From an uncultured virus (IMG/VR IMGVR_UViG_3300022555_000035) (lineage: Duplodnaviria > Heunggongvirae > Uroviricota > Caudoviricetes), in IMG/VR virus record IMGVR_UViG_3300022555_000035: a stretch of 20,614 nt of DNA; one strand, given 5' to 3'. The translations under genes and the position numbers were made by a program. The notes beneath the pieces were generated by a model that was not told the DNA's origin, ran no database searches, and saw only the letters and a list, made by a program, of their open reading frames with translations. Shown one piece after another: positions 9,270 to 17,738 of the stretch (position 1 is the first letter of the stretch; each line of letters opens with the position of its first letter).

Positions 9270-11602
9270 TGGCAACTCTGATAATCGGCGCAGTATTAGC
9301 CGCGAGTCCCATCTTGGGTCCAGCTGCATGGCTCATTAGTTCTTTAATCATGACAGGTGCTGGTTTTATCGATATGCTACTTTTTGCTCCTAAAACTCCA
9401 GATCAAGAAGGTCCAAGGATGGATGACCTAAAAATTCAGACGTCTACTTTTGGCGCTCCTATTCCTATTGTATATGGTACTACTCGTATCGCAGGTAATA
9501 TTATTTGGGGTACTGATTATACTGAGCATACAAAAACAGAATCTGCCAGCAGCGGTGGAAAAGGTGGTGGAGGTGCTAAGGTTAAATCATATACGTACTC
9601 CATTACTTTTGCTGTGGGATTGGCGCAAGGTCCTTGTTCGTTTGATAAATCTTTACAAAAAGTTTGGGCTGATGGTAAAATATTTGATATGACTGATATA
9701 GCCTATACTTTTTATGAGGGTACAGAAACTCAAATGCCAGATACTTATACTGAAGGTATTTTAGGTGTAGGTAATGTACCTGGGTATAGAGGATTATGCT
9801 ACATAGTTTTTCATGATTTAAATGTAAGTCCTATGGGTAATCGTATTCCATCATTATCATTCGAAATTAAGTCCAATAAAAGTAATAAGCTTAATGAAAT
9901 CCTGAGCGATATAAGTCTTGATGCTGGTTTAACCGTTGATGATATTGATGTTACAGATCCTGCTATTTGTGATATTACTATTTCTGGTATGTATATTGAT
10001 GGTAATAAATCGTTTAGAGAGCGTATAGAACCATTGTCTCTTGTGTATTTGTTTGATGGCGTAGAGACGAACGGTAAAGTAGCATTCAAAAAACGAAATC
10101 TTACTAAAAATGTAGTAAAAATTACTGATTCTGAACTAGGAGCGTATGAGTCGTCGGCATCAGAAGATCCATATACAATTACTAGGAAATATGAACGTGA
10201 ATTACCTGCATCTCTTTGGTTAGAGTATATTGCTAAAGATGGCGATTATCAATTAGGAGGTATGCCTGCATATCGTATTAATACGGTTAGTAAAGAAGAG
10301 CAAAAGATTACAGTACCCATTGTAATGGAAGATGCTGATGCTAAGAGTGTAGCAGAATTACGACTATTTGAACAGTGGTCTTCTCGTAGTACTTTTGAAG
10401 CTGCTTTATCTTTACGATATGCGTATCTAATTCCTGGTAATCCTATTGAAGTTACGCTTAATGATGGCAGTGTTCATTTATTGATGATAGTCAAAACATC
10501 TTTTGGAGGGCCCGGCATATTCAAAATAACAGCAGTGTTCTCAGGTGCAACGGCATATACAACTGCAGGAGGAATTGTAAAAACTGTAGATACTATTACA
10601 GGGATTACTTCTTACACAACTACTACAGCCGCACGTATTGTGGATACAAGTGTAGTACAAACACCGGCATTACAACCTACTACTGTTTATCATGAGATAA
10701 TGGATATTTGTCGCTTACCAGGTGATACCAGTACGGATTATGATTTTGCCTATGTAGCAGCAGGCGCTGTAGTTTTCTATGGTGCAAATACTTTACGCAC
10801 CTATGACGGTGGTACTACTTGGCCATGGGCTGCAGAGAATGATGTCAATGCTACTATTGGTGCTACTAATACTCTTCTCAATTCAGGACCTGTATACTTC
10901 TTTGATGAAGGTAACACTGTAACTGTTACACTGATAAACGGTACGTTATCTAGTCATACGAAAGAAGAAGTATATGCTGGATATAACTTAGCAATAATCG
11001 GCAATGAGATTATTCAATTTAGAACGGCTACATTAATTGCAGAAAAAGTATATGTACTTTCGGGATTGCTACGTGGTTGTGGTGGTACAGATGATCAGAT
11101 AGGAACGCATACAGTAACTGATAGATTTGTGCTGTTGATATTTTCTTCGTTAGAGCGAATGCCTATACCAACTACTGACAGAAATGTCATACGAAATTAT
11201 AAATTCGGCCCCTACACAAAAGCTATAACTAGTAATCTTTATTCCGATAAGACATTTACAAGTACTGGAAGATCTTATAGAAATTGGTCAGTGTGTCAGG
11301 TAAAAGGCGTAAGAGATGATACAGGCGAGTTGACTATTTCATGGGTACCTCGTAGTAGAGTCGGTTCTACTTGGTCCGACTATATTGATGTTACTCTTAC
11401 TAGTCCGGAAGTGTATACAGTTGAAATAATGTCAGAAAGTACGGTTGTAAGAGAAGTAACAGTAACTGCAGCTACTACATATGTATATACAGTAGCAAAT
11501 CAAACAGCGGATTTTGGTTCTAGTCCTGATGAGGTTATGATACGTATATACCAGATGGATACAGTAATAGGTCGCGGAATAGTAAAAGAAATTACAATAT
11601 AA
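9269..11602 (+). CDS. Central tail / host-specificity protein (Phage-tail_3, RcGTA megatron-like, without the TIM-barrel domain)
   Basis: EGPRMDDLKIQTSTFGAPIPIVYGTTRIAGNIIW, GGKGGG, VWADGK, PGYRGLCYIVF..GNRIPSLSFE, EIIQFRTA..LSGLLRG..GT, ISWVPRSR, IYQM..IGRG. Confidence 0.9.
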   Translation: MATLIIGAVLAASPILGPAAWLISSLIMTGAGFIDMLLFAPKTPDQEGPRMDDLKIQTSTFGAPIPIVYGTTRIAGNIIWGTDYTEHTKTESASSGGKGGGGAKVKSYTYSITFAVGLAQGPCSFDKSLQKVWADGKIFDMTDIAYTFYEGTETQMPDTYTEGILGVGNVPGYRGLCYIVFHDLNVSPMGNRIPSLSFEIKSNKSNKLNEILSDISLDAGLTVDDIDVTDPAICDITISGMYIDGNKSFRERIEPLSLVYLFDGVETNGKVAFKKRNLTKNVVKITDSELGAYESSASEDPYTITRKYERELPASLWLEYIAKDGDYQLGGMPAYRINTVSKEEQKITVPIVMEDADAKSVAELRLFEQWSSRSTFEAALSLRYAYLIPGNPIEVTLNDGSVHLLMIVKTSFGGPGIFKITAVFSGATAYTTAGGIVKTVDTITGITSYTTTTAARIVDTSVVQTPALQPTTVYHEIMDICRLPGDTSTDYDFAYVAAGAVVFYGANTLRTYDGGTTWPWAAENDVNATIGATNTLLNSGPVYFFDEGNTVTVTLINGTLSSHTKEEVYAGYNLAIIGNEIIQFRTATLIAEKVYVLSGLLRGCGGTDDQIGTHTVTDRFVLLIFSSLERMPIPTTDRNVIRNYKFGPYTKAITSNLYSDKTFTSTGRSYRNWSVCQVKGVRDDTGELTISWVPRSRVGSTWSDYIDVTLTSPEVYTVEIMSESTVVREVTVTAATTYVYTVANQTADFGSSPDEVMIRIYQMDTVIGRGIVKEITI

Positions 11603-11617
11603 AAGGAGAGAGATGTA

Positions 11618-12499
11618 ATGAGCAGTAATTATACTACGAGAATAGCTCTTCCATACCTTGCAGTGGCACAGGCGCAAAAAGAATTAGCTCATAATGAGGC
11701 GTTGAACATACTGGATATTTTTGTTCAGCCAGTAGTACAAGCTATGCAAAACACTCCGCCAATCGCGCCTACATCTGGACAGGCTTGGATTGTCGGCAGT
11801 TCCCCTTCAGGCGTATGGGCGTCTCATGCTGATTCTATGGCTTATTATCTCAGTGGCTGGTTTTATTACTCTCCTTTTTTAGGTATGAAATTCTACAGTG
11901 TGGCTGATGATGCTGATTATGCTTATGGTTCTACTGGTTGGAATATTTCTGTAGGAGCACAAGGGCCTACTGGAGCTACTGGTGCAACAGGTGCAACAGG
12001 TGCAACAGGTCCTGCTGGATTGTCTGCAGATATGGTTACTAATACCTATTTAGCTAATATGGTCACAGGTACTATTAAAGGACGTGTGGCTGCAGGTACG
12101 GGTGATCCTTCTGATTTGACTGCCGCACAAGTACGTACTTTATTAAATGTAGCAGAAATCGGTAGTACTCCGGTAGATTTCACAATGTTTTTTCCAGGTA
12201 CGTATACTGCTTCGCAAATACTTGCGAAACTGAAAATGATACGTGAAATAGTATTACCTGCATCGCTTACTGGATCTGTTGCTGATATAGGTATTAATCC
12301 TGCAGCCACTGCCGTATTATCTATATTACAAAACAATACAGAAATAGGTACGGCTTCTATAAGTACTGCAGGTGTTGTTACGTTTACTTTTACAGCAGAA
12401 ATTACTTTAGCGGCAGGTGACATACTTAAGATATTGGCGCCTGCTTCTATCGATGCTACTCTTGCAAATGTATCATTATCTTTGACAGGAGTGAGATAA
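11618..12499 (+). CDS. DUF2793-containing tail fibre protein with short collagen-like repeat
   Basis: N-terminal LPYLAVAQAQKELAHNEALNILD..WIVG..GVW; Gly-X-Y run; fibre motif LANMVTGTIKGRVAAGTGDPSDLTAAQVRTLLNV; AGGAG RBS. Confidence 0.88.
   Translation: MSSNYTTRIALPYLAVAQAQKELAHNEALNILDIFVQPVVQAMQNTPPIAPTSGQAWIVGSSPSGVWASHADSMAYYLSGWFYYSPFLGMKFYSVADDADYAYGSTGWNISVGAQGPTGATGATGATGATGPAGLSADMVTNTYLANMVTGTIKGRVAAGTGDPSDLTAAQVRTLLNVAEIGSTPVDFTMFFPGTYTASQILAKLKMIREIVLPASLTGSVADIGINPAATAVLSILQNNTEIGTASISTAGVVTFTFTAEITLAAGDILKILAPASIDATLANVSLSLTGVR
11981..12007 (+). repeat. 9-bp tandem repeat (GGTGCAACA)x3 encoding collagen-like GAT
   Basis: Read directly from the sequence. Confidence 0.9.
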
Positions 12500-12765
12500 A
12501 TGTCACTTATATTATTTGAGGGATTTGATATTTATAGTAATGTATTTCTAATAGATGCTGCAATAGTTGGTGCTACTGGAGCATCATTTCCAGCAGGTCG
12601 TTTTGGAGGTAAAGCACTTGCAATACATATGCAGTTACACAAATTCAAACAGAAGTAATTACTCAGTCTACTGGTGAAATACGTGTATCATTACTGGCTC
12701 TATCAGTACTAAGCAGTACAGAGGCACCAAGTAGTACTTACTACCCAATTATTTGCACGACTTAA
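12500..12765 (+). pseudogene. Probable deletion remnant of virion structural gene(s)
   Basis: ATG 12500 directly follows the upstream stop and gives MSLILFEGFDIY..GRFGGKAL.. (52 aa, stop at 12658). A second frame (12613-12765) reads ..YAVTQIQTEVITQSTGEIRVSLLALSVL..* with no start codon. Confidence 0.55.
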
Positions 12766-12821
12766 AGGGGCCCAGGTGCACGGGTCCTAATTAGTAATAA
12801 TTACTATTTAAGCCAAAAGTG

Positions 12822-12850
12822 TTGATTTTTTTATAAGGGTGTAGTATAAT
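12822..12850 (+). promoter_or_regulatory. Sigma70/sigmaA-type promoter
   Basis: TTGATT (12822-12827), 17-bp spacer, TATAAT (12845-12850) in an AT-rich intergenic gap. GGGGGG RBS at 12861-12866 precedes ATG 12875. Confidence 0.75.
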
Positions 12851-12874
12851 ATATAATATAGGGGGGTCTATAGT

Positions 12875-13303
12875 ATGGCATCTGGACGAGCAGATCTTAT
12901 AATGGAAAAGGGCTCCGATTGGTACGTGCTGCTAACTACTAACCAAGTAGATGGCACTCCTACTGATCTTACTGGCTGGAATGCTCGTTGTCAGATACGT
13001 AAAACAGCTAGTACTTCTTCACCCGTAGTAGCAGTTCCTATTGCTACTATTGACAATCCATTGGATGGAGAAGTAGTATTGACACTTACTGCAGCAGAGA
13101 CTTCTACCATACCTACTTCAGGATCTAATTTTACAGAACCATCGCGTTATCTATATGATTTGGAAATCTTCGTATTAGAAGACGTATTGGGTGTAGATGG
13201 CAATCCTGTATTAGATGCTAATGGTAATGTTACACAAGAAGAAACAACAACGGCTAAACTACTTCATGGATTCATAAGTGTAATTCCGGAGGTACCTAAA
13301 TAA
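12875..13303 (+). CDS. Small beta-sandwich virion adaptor protein (BppU-N / LtfC-like)
   Basis: Pattern DL..EKGSDW..DGTPTDLTGWNARCQIR..GEVVLTLTAAET..YLYDLEI..LLHG...V.PEV, common upstream of phage fibre genes. Confidence 0.65.
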   Translation: MASGRADLIMEKGSDWYVLLTTNQVDGTPTDLTGWNARCQIRKTASTSSPVVAVPIATIDNPLDGEVVLTLTAAETSTIPTSGSNFTEPSRYLYDLEIFVLEDVLGVDGNPVLDANGNVTQEETTTAKLLHGFISVIPEVPK

Positions 13304-13866
13304 TGGCTGATGTAGAAGTTGTTGCTAATAATAAGACTACTGCCGTAACAGTAACTTATCTACCTCGCGGACCTCAAGGCAAGCCCGGCAATCTCGGAGT
13401 TTCTGGTTCTAAAGGAGAAAAAGGTGATTCAGGTCCTCCGGGAGAACAAGGACCTCCTGGTAAAGAAGGAAATCCTGGTGTACCTGGTCTTCGTGGTGAA
13501 TCAGGGGCTACGGATGCTCCCACTGATTACTTTTGTGGCGTAGGTGCTCTTAACTTGGGGCAACCAGTTTTCCTCACAGCTACAAATACAGTACTACCTG
13601 CGACAGCTGAGAATATTTCTCATGCTGGCAGAGTAGTTGGTATAGCCTTAAATGACGCTGTCACTGGTGAGATAGTACGAGTTAAACGTAGCGGAACCGT
13701 TACGAAAGATTCGTGGGACCTCACTCCTGGACAGCGTTATTATTTGGGCCCGGGAGGCGAATTTGTTCTTGATCCAGAAGGAATGGCGTTCGCACAGAAA
13801 ATGGGATTAGCAGAAGCTGCAACATCGTTGTTTATTCAAATGGAGTCGCCTATAGTATTATTATAA
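13303..13866 (+). CDS. Collagen-repeat fibre protein with C-terminal DUF2190/cement-like domain (module copy A)
   Basis: Long Gly-X-Y tract followed by GQPVFL..HAGRVVGIA..GEIVRVKRSG..WDLTPGQRYYLG..QKMG; paralog of 14232-14690. Confidence 0.75.
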   Translation: MADVEVVANNKTTAVTVTYLPRGPQGKPGNLGVSGSKGEKGDSGPPGEQGPPGKEGNPGVPGLRGESGATDAPTDYFCGVGALNLGQPVFLTATNTVLPATAENISHAGRVVGIALNDAVTGEIVRVKRSGTVTKDSWDLTPGQRYYLGPGGEFVLDPEGMAFAQKMGLAEAATSLFIQMESPIVLL

Positions 13867-13881
13867 GGGAGGAAAAATAAC

Positions 13882-14100
13882 ACGGCTAAAAAGTTTATTA
13901 CTCTGGTAAATGGTGTACAGCATCTCATTCCGTCAATTGATACTTCAGCGGGTGCTGGAAGTGCAGGAGAAGTTATTGCTGCGGATGAGAATGGAAAACT
14001 CAACCCTAGCTTTCTTCCGACTGGTGTAGGTGCAGATAATGCATCGCTGCCCGCAACTGAAGCCCTTGCAGCGGGCGATTTCTGTAATATCGTAGTGTAG
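13882..14100 (+). pseudogene. 5' remnant of a paralog of the 14713-15228 gene (ACG in place of ATG, truncated)
   Basis: GGGAGG RBS, then ACG-AKKFITLVNGV..DTSAGAGSAG..GKL..LPTGVGAD..EALAAGDFCNIVV*, aligning with MAAEKFITLNNGV..DTSAGVGDAG..GKL..LPSGIGAD..EALAAGDFVNIW. Confidence 0.88.
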
Positions 14101-14110
14101 TGGCAAACGG

Positions 14111-14242
14111 GACGGCGTGCAGTATTCTGACGTAGCGGCTTACACCTATGATGTGGAACTGATTACCATCTCGACCGGCAAGGTCCATCGGTGGCTGAAC
14201 GGCAGCGTGTCAATCAGCCCGGAGGTGACGTATGGCGAATGA
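14111..14242 (+). pseudogene. 3' remnant of a paralog of the 12875-13303 adaptor gene
   Basis: Startless frame DGVQYSDVAAYTYDVELITISTGKVHRWLNGSVSISPEVTYGE* aligns with SGSNFTEPSRYLYDLEI..AKLLHGFISVIPEVPK*. Confidence 0.8.
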
Positions 14243-14690
14243 GCCGATTGTCGCGGTTATCGCCGCGACTGAAACGATTGTCGCGGTAGTACGTGAGAGG
14301 GGTATTCCGGGACCACCCGGGCCTCCGGGATCCTCGGCAGCAGAGGAACTAACCGCATACACAGCAGGCGGCGCCATCAATGCCTATCAGCCACTTTTCA
14401 TCACGAACTCGCTGACGGTACTGCCGGCATCCGGCGAAAATGCCACTCACGCCGGCAGGATAATTGGCATGAGTATCAGTGCTGCGGCAACCGGCGAAAC
14501 AGTGTACTGCAAACGGTCGGGCAATGTGACTAATCCGGCATGGGCGTTGACACCCGGGGAGAGGTATTATATTGGCGCCGGAGGGGAGTTGACCACAAGC
14601 ACAACCGGGATGGCCTTTGTTCAGAAAATCGGCATCGCAGACTCCGCAACAGTGTTGTTTTTGCAAATTGAACCGCCCATACTCGAGTAA
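14232..14690 (+). CDS. Short collagen + DUF2190/cement-like protein (module copy B)
   Basis: GIPGPPGPPG, then QPLFIT..VLPAS.EN.THAGRIIG..KRSG..WALTPGERYYIG..GMAFVQKIG; paralog of 13303-13866. GGAGGTG RBS. Confidence 0.8.
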   Translation: MANEPIVAVIAATETIVAVVRERGIPGPPGPPGSSAAEELTAYTAGGAINAYQPLFITNSLTVLPASGENATHAGRIIGMSISAAATGETVYCKRSGNVTNPAWALTPGERYYIGAGGELTTSTTGMAFVQKIGIADSATVLFLQIEPPILE

Positions 14691-14712
14691 TAAAAAATAG
14701 GAGTGTGTAAAC

Positions 14713-15228
14713 ATGGCAGCAGAAAAATTTATCACTTTGAACAACGGCGTAATGCAGCAAAAATCGGCAAACGACACGAGCGCAGGCGTAGGTGATGCAG
14801 GCAAGCTTATCGCCCTTAATTCAACCGGCAAACTCGATGAAACGCTGCTACCGTCCGGAATCGGCGCGGATACTTTTGTTGCTGCAGCATCTGAAGCGTT
14901 GGCAGCCGGAGACTTCGTAAACATCTGGGAAGACACGGGAACCGTAAAAATCCGCAAAGCAAACGCGACCGATGCGACAAAAAAAGCTGACGGATTCGTC
15001 AAAGCTGGGGTTTCGTCCGGCTCAAACGCCACGGTTTATTATGAAGGCGAAAACGTGCTGACAGGGCTGACGGTCGGCACTCGCTACTACCTGTCAGCGG
15101 CTACCGGAGGAGGATTCACGGCAACCGCGCCCAGCACTTCCGGAAATGTAGTGCAGTACCTGGGCACGGCGCGAAGTACTACTGTCCTGCGGTTTGAGGT
15201 TGAATCGGCAATAACGATTCTGGCGTAG
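14713..15228 (+). CDS. Virion protein with DUF2190/cement-like domain
   Basis: ASEALAAGDFVNI..RKANAT..ADGFV..GLTVGTRYYLS..VVQYLGTA; AGGAG RBS. Confidence 0.75.
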   Translation: MAAEKFITLNNGVMQQKSANDTSAGVGDAGKLIALNSTGKLDETLLPSGIGADTFVAAASEALAAGDFVNIWEDTGTVKIRKANATDATKKADGFVKAGVSSGSNATVYYEGENVLTGLTVGTRYYLSAATGGGFTATAPSTSGNVVQYLGTARSTTVLRFEVESAITILA

Positions 15229-15232
15229 CGCC

Positions 15233-15349
15233 ATGAAAAACATTCTGACGCTCGCAAACGGGCAGACGGCGGCGGTGAAAAACCCGCCTGTCGTCTACAC
15301 AGCACAACCGGCGGACCCGGTGGACGGCGATAACACTGGCATAATGTAA
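15233..15349 (+). pseudogene. 38-aa ORF, probable truncated fibre N-terminus
   Basis: MKNILTLANGQTAAVKNPPVVYTAQPADPVDGDNTGIM*. Ends just after a P..P..GD fibre-type motif, where base composition turns AT-rich. Confidence 0.5.
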
Positions 15350-15358
15350 GTAAGTGAG

Positions 15359-15386
15359 AAGGGGTTGTTAAGAGCAACCCCTTTTT
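15359..15386 (+). terminator. Putative intrinsic terminator hairpin
   Basis: AAGGGGTTG (15359-15367) pairs with CAACCCCTT (15375-15383), running into a T tract that ends at 15386. Confidence 0.65.
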
Positions 15387-15398
15387 GGAGGTGATTAG

Positions 15399-17723
15399 GT
15401 GGCGACACTATTTAGTTCGACAAATCGCAACGCATCGATAACGATATCCAATTTTGGTTTAACGGCTACATGGGGAGGAAATCAGGCTTCTGTTGCAGCA
15501 GATACATCAAAAAATGACGGAAAAAGATATTTCGAAATAGAGCTTCGCGACCCAGGTGCAGGCGGATATACCGGAATAAATATTGGAGTAGCTGTTGATA
15601 CTGACTTTACAAATCACAATCTTCCTATGGTAAATGGACAGGGAACATGTCCAACATGGTCAATAGCTTGTGGTTGTGCAGGAAACAATCCTTCATATAT
15701 GTATAAGAACAGTACGCTAATTCAAAACCCAACACCGGCAGTTGGTTATCATGCAGGACACAATGTGGTACTCGGTATAGGAATAGACTTTGTTGCAAAT
15801 CTTGCACAGTTTTATTGCGATGGAAACCTATGGGGTACAGCAGTAGACATTTCAGACAGAGGTGGTGCGCCATTGTTCCCTGCGTTCATGGGTCAGGGAG
15901 GATGGGAGTTTCCACAAATATATGGAAAGTTTTACGAATCAGCAATAGTGTATCTTCCGGAAGGATATGCTTCGTGGGACGCTTACGCTTATGTTGAGCC
16001 ACAAGATTCTGGATTTTTAATGACATTGCTAAATGGAGTTTGGACTGCAATGAGCGGCACATCAAAATCTGCGCTCGCCTATTTTGATGGTGCAAAGTGG
16101 GGAGTAAAAGAGCCGGGAACAGCGGGACAAGCCCTGAAAATAGGAGACGCGGGAGACTTGGAGTGGGGGGAAGTTGCGGGAAGTGGAGGAAGCGGAATAG
16201 TAATCTCCCCCACAGAACCGGAGAACTCGGAAGAAAATGCTTTATGGATAGATGAGTCTGATGGGACTACAGGACTTGTAGTTTATCAACCTTCCATCCT
16301 TCCTTCTTATACGATTGACCCAGATGCTCCATCTTTTGGAGGGGGAGCTTTATATGTTAAACAAGGAGGATTATACTTCCAAGATTATCTCGGAAATAAG
16401 ACGAAACTTGTGGAAGAAAAAGGAGTCAAGGAAGTCTCCATTTTAAGATTTAATGGAGATTTAACGGATGAAAAAGGAAATGTGTGGACTGCCTATAATG
16501 GAGCTTCCATTGATTCCACAACAAAAGTATTTGGAAGTGGAGCTTTGCGTTGTAATGAGAACTCACAATATATCGGGACACTTAAAGGGGAATCTTTTAA
16601 TTTTGGAACCGGGGACTTTACAATTAAAGCCCGTGTTATGTTTTCGGGAAGTTTTTCAAATAGGACGTTTTTTGCGGGGAATAGTGATTTCTGGTTAGGG
16701 ATAATTACCAATAGTGCAGGAAAACTAATGTACTTTGCAAGCTCTATAGGAAGCAGTTGGGATATAATATGCGGAGATGGGGGACCGTTGAATGGTACAG
16801 GAAGCCATACGCTTGTTTTAGATACTTTTTATGATATTGTATTTGAAAGGAGGAGCGGGATATTCATTGCCTTTGTGAATGGAGAAGTTGATTTGACAGT
16901 AACCTCTACTGCTTCAATTATCAATAGACCGACCGAAAATATTAATATTGGGCGTTGGGGAAATGGAGGACTTTTTGGAAACATAAGAGTGGATGATTGG
17001 GTAGTTCTAAAAGGGGAAGCTCTTTATTCTGGAGCCTATACAGTTTCAACTTCTGCTTATGCTTCAACTGTTCTTACAGAGCCAGAACCCATCCCCACAG
17101 TGACAGAAATTTTAAACGCAGCCATTGGAGAAGTTTCTGTAGGAGAGCCAGCAGTCGTGCCAAACGTAGGGAAAGCGTTACTGTACTTAATTCCTGTATA
17201 CGTTCTTGGGACTACTTCTTTGATACCTATAATGACAAGTAATACTGCTCCTTCTGGAACTGCCAGTGCATCTTCAATTTATAACTCCTCTTATAATGCG
17301 TGGGTTGCATTTAATGGGACCGTTACGAGTGACGCGGATTGTTGGCATACTAATACTACCCCTCCCGGAAATTTAGTTTATGAATCCGCGACGGATATGT
17401 GTGTTGGTGGGTATGCAATTACAACACGTACTACGATGAGTGCATCATCAAATCACGCCCCTAAAACGTGGACTGTAGAATACTATGATGTGAGTACTTC
17501 AACGTGGATTGTTGTTGACATTCAAACGTCGAAAACTTTAGCAGCGTCCACTCGATACGAGTATTCCTTTACACAGGAGTATACAGCGAAAAAGTTTAGA
17601 CTGAATGTAACAGAATCTCTGACAGGACAGTATATAGCAGTTGGGGAGTTTGCATTACTACCACGAATTTTGTCTTATAATCTCAGTGCAAAATTATCCG
17701 ATGGAAGTAAACGGAGTGTTTAA
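15399..17723 (+). CDS. Multidomain tail fibre / receptor-binding protein (SPRY-like + LamG/ConA-like + F5/8-type-C-like)
   Basis: GTG start with GGAGGTG RBS. SPRY-like GKRYFEIE..LGIGIDF..LFPA..LPEGY; LamG-like FGSGAL..FGTGDFTI..NIGR..DDW; discoidin-like LIPIMTSNTAPSGTASASS..AWVAFNG..APKTWTVE. Confidence 0.75.
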   Translation: MATLFSSTNRNASITISNFGLTATWGGNQASVAADTSKNDGKRYFEIELRDPGAGGYTGINIGVAVDTDFTNHNLPMVNGQGTCPTWSIACGCAGNNPSYMYKNSTLIQNPTPAVGYHAGHNVVLGIGIDFVANLAQFYCDGNLWGTAVDISDRGGAPLFPAFMGQGGWEFPQIYGKFYESAIVYLPEGYASWDAYAYVEPQDSGFLMTLLNGVWTAMSGTSKSALAYFDGAKWGVKEPGTAGQALKIGDAGDLEWGEVAGSGGSGIVISPTEPENSEENALWIDESDGTTGLVVYQPSILPSYTIDPDAPSFGGGALYVKQGGLYFQDYLGNKTKLVEEKGVKEVSILRFNGDLTDEKGNVWTAYNGASIDSTTKVFGSGALRCNENSQYIGTLKGESFNFGTGDFTIKARVMFSGSFSNRTFFAGNSDFWLGIITNSAGKLMYFASSIGSSWDIICGDGGPLNGTGSHTLVLDTFYDIVFERRSGIFIAFVNGEVDLTVTSTASIINRPTENINIGRWGNGGLFGNIRVDDWVVLKGEALYSGAYTVSTSAYASTVLTEPEPIPTVTEILNAAIGEVSVGEPAVVPNVGKALLYLIPVYVLGTTSLIPIMTSNTAPSGTASASSIYNSSYNAWVAFNGTVTSDADCWHTNTTPPGNLVYESATDMCVGGYAITTRTTMSASSNHAPKTWTVEYYDVSTSTWIVVDIQTSKTLAASTRYEYSFTQEYTAKKFRLNVTESLTGQYIAVGEFALLPRILSYNLSAKLSDGSKRSV

Positions 17724-17738
17724 AAGGAGGGCGGGAAA

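Noticed and set aside
14245..14287. 13-bp repeat CGATTGTCGCGGT x2
   Set aside because: In-frame internal duplication (IVAV x2). Only two units, so not CRISPR-like.
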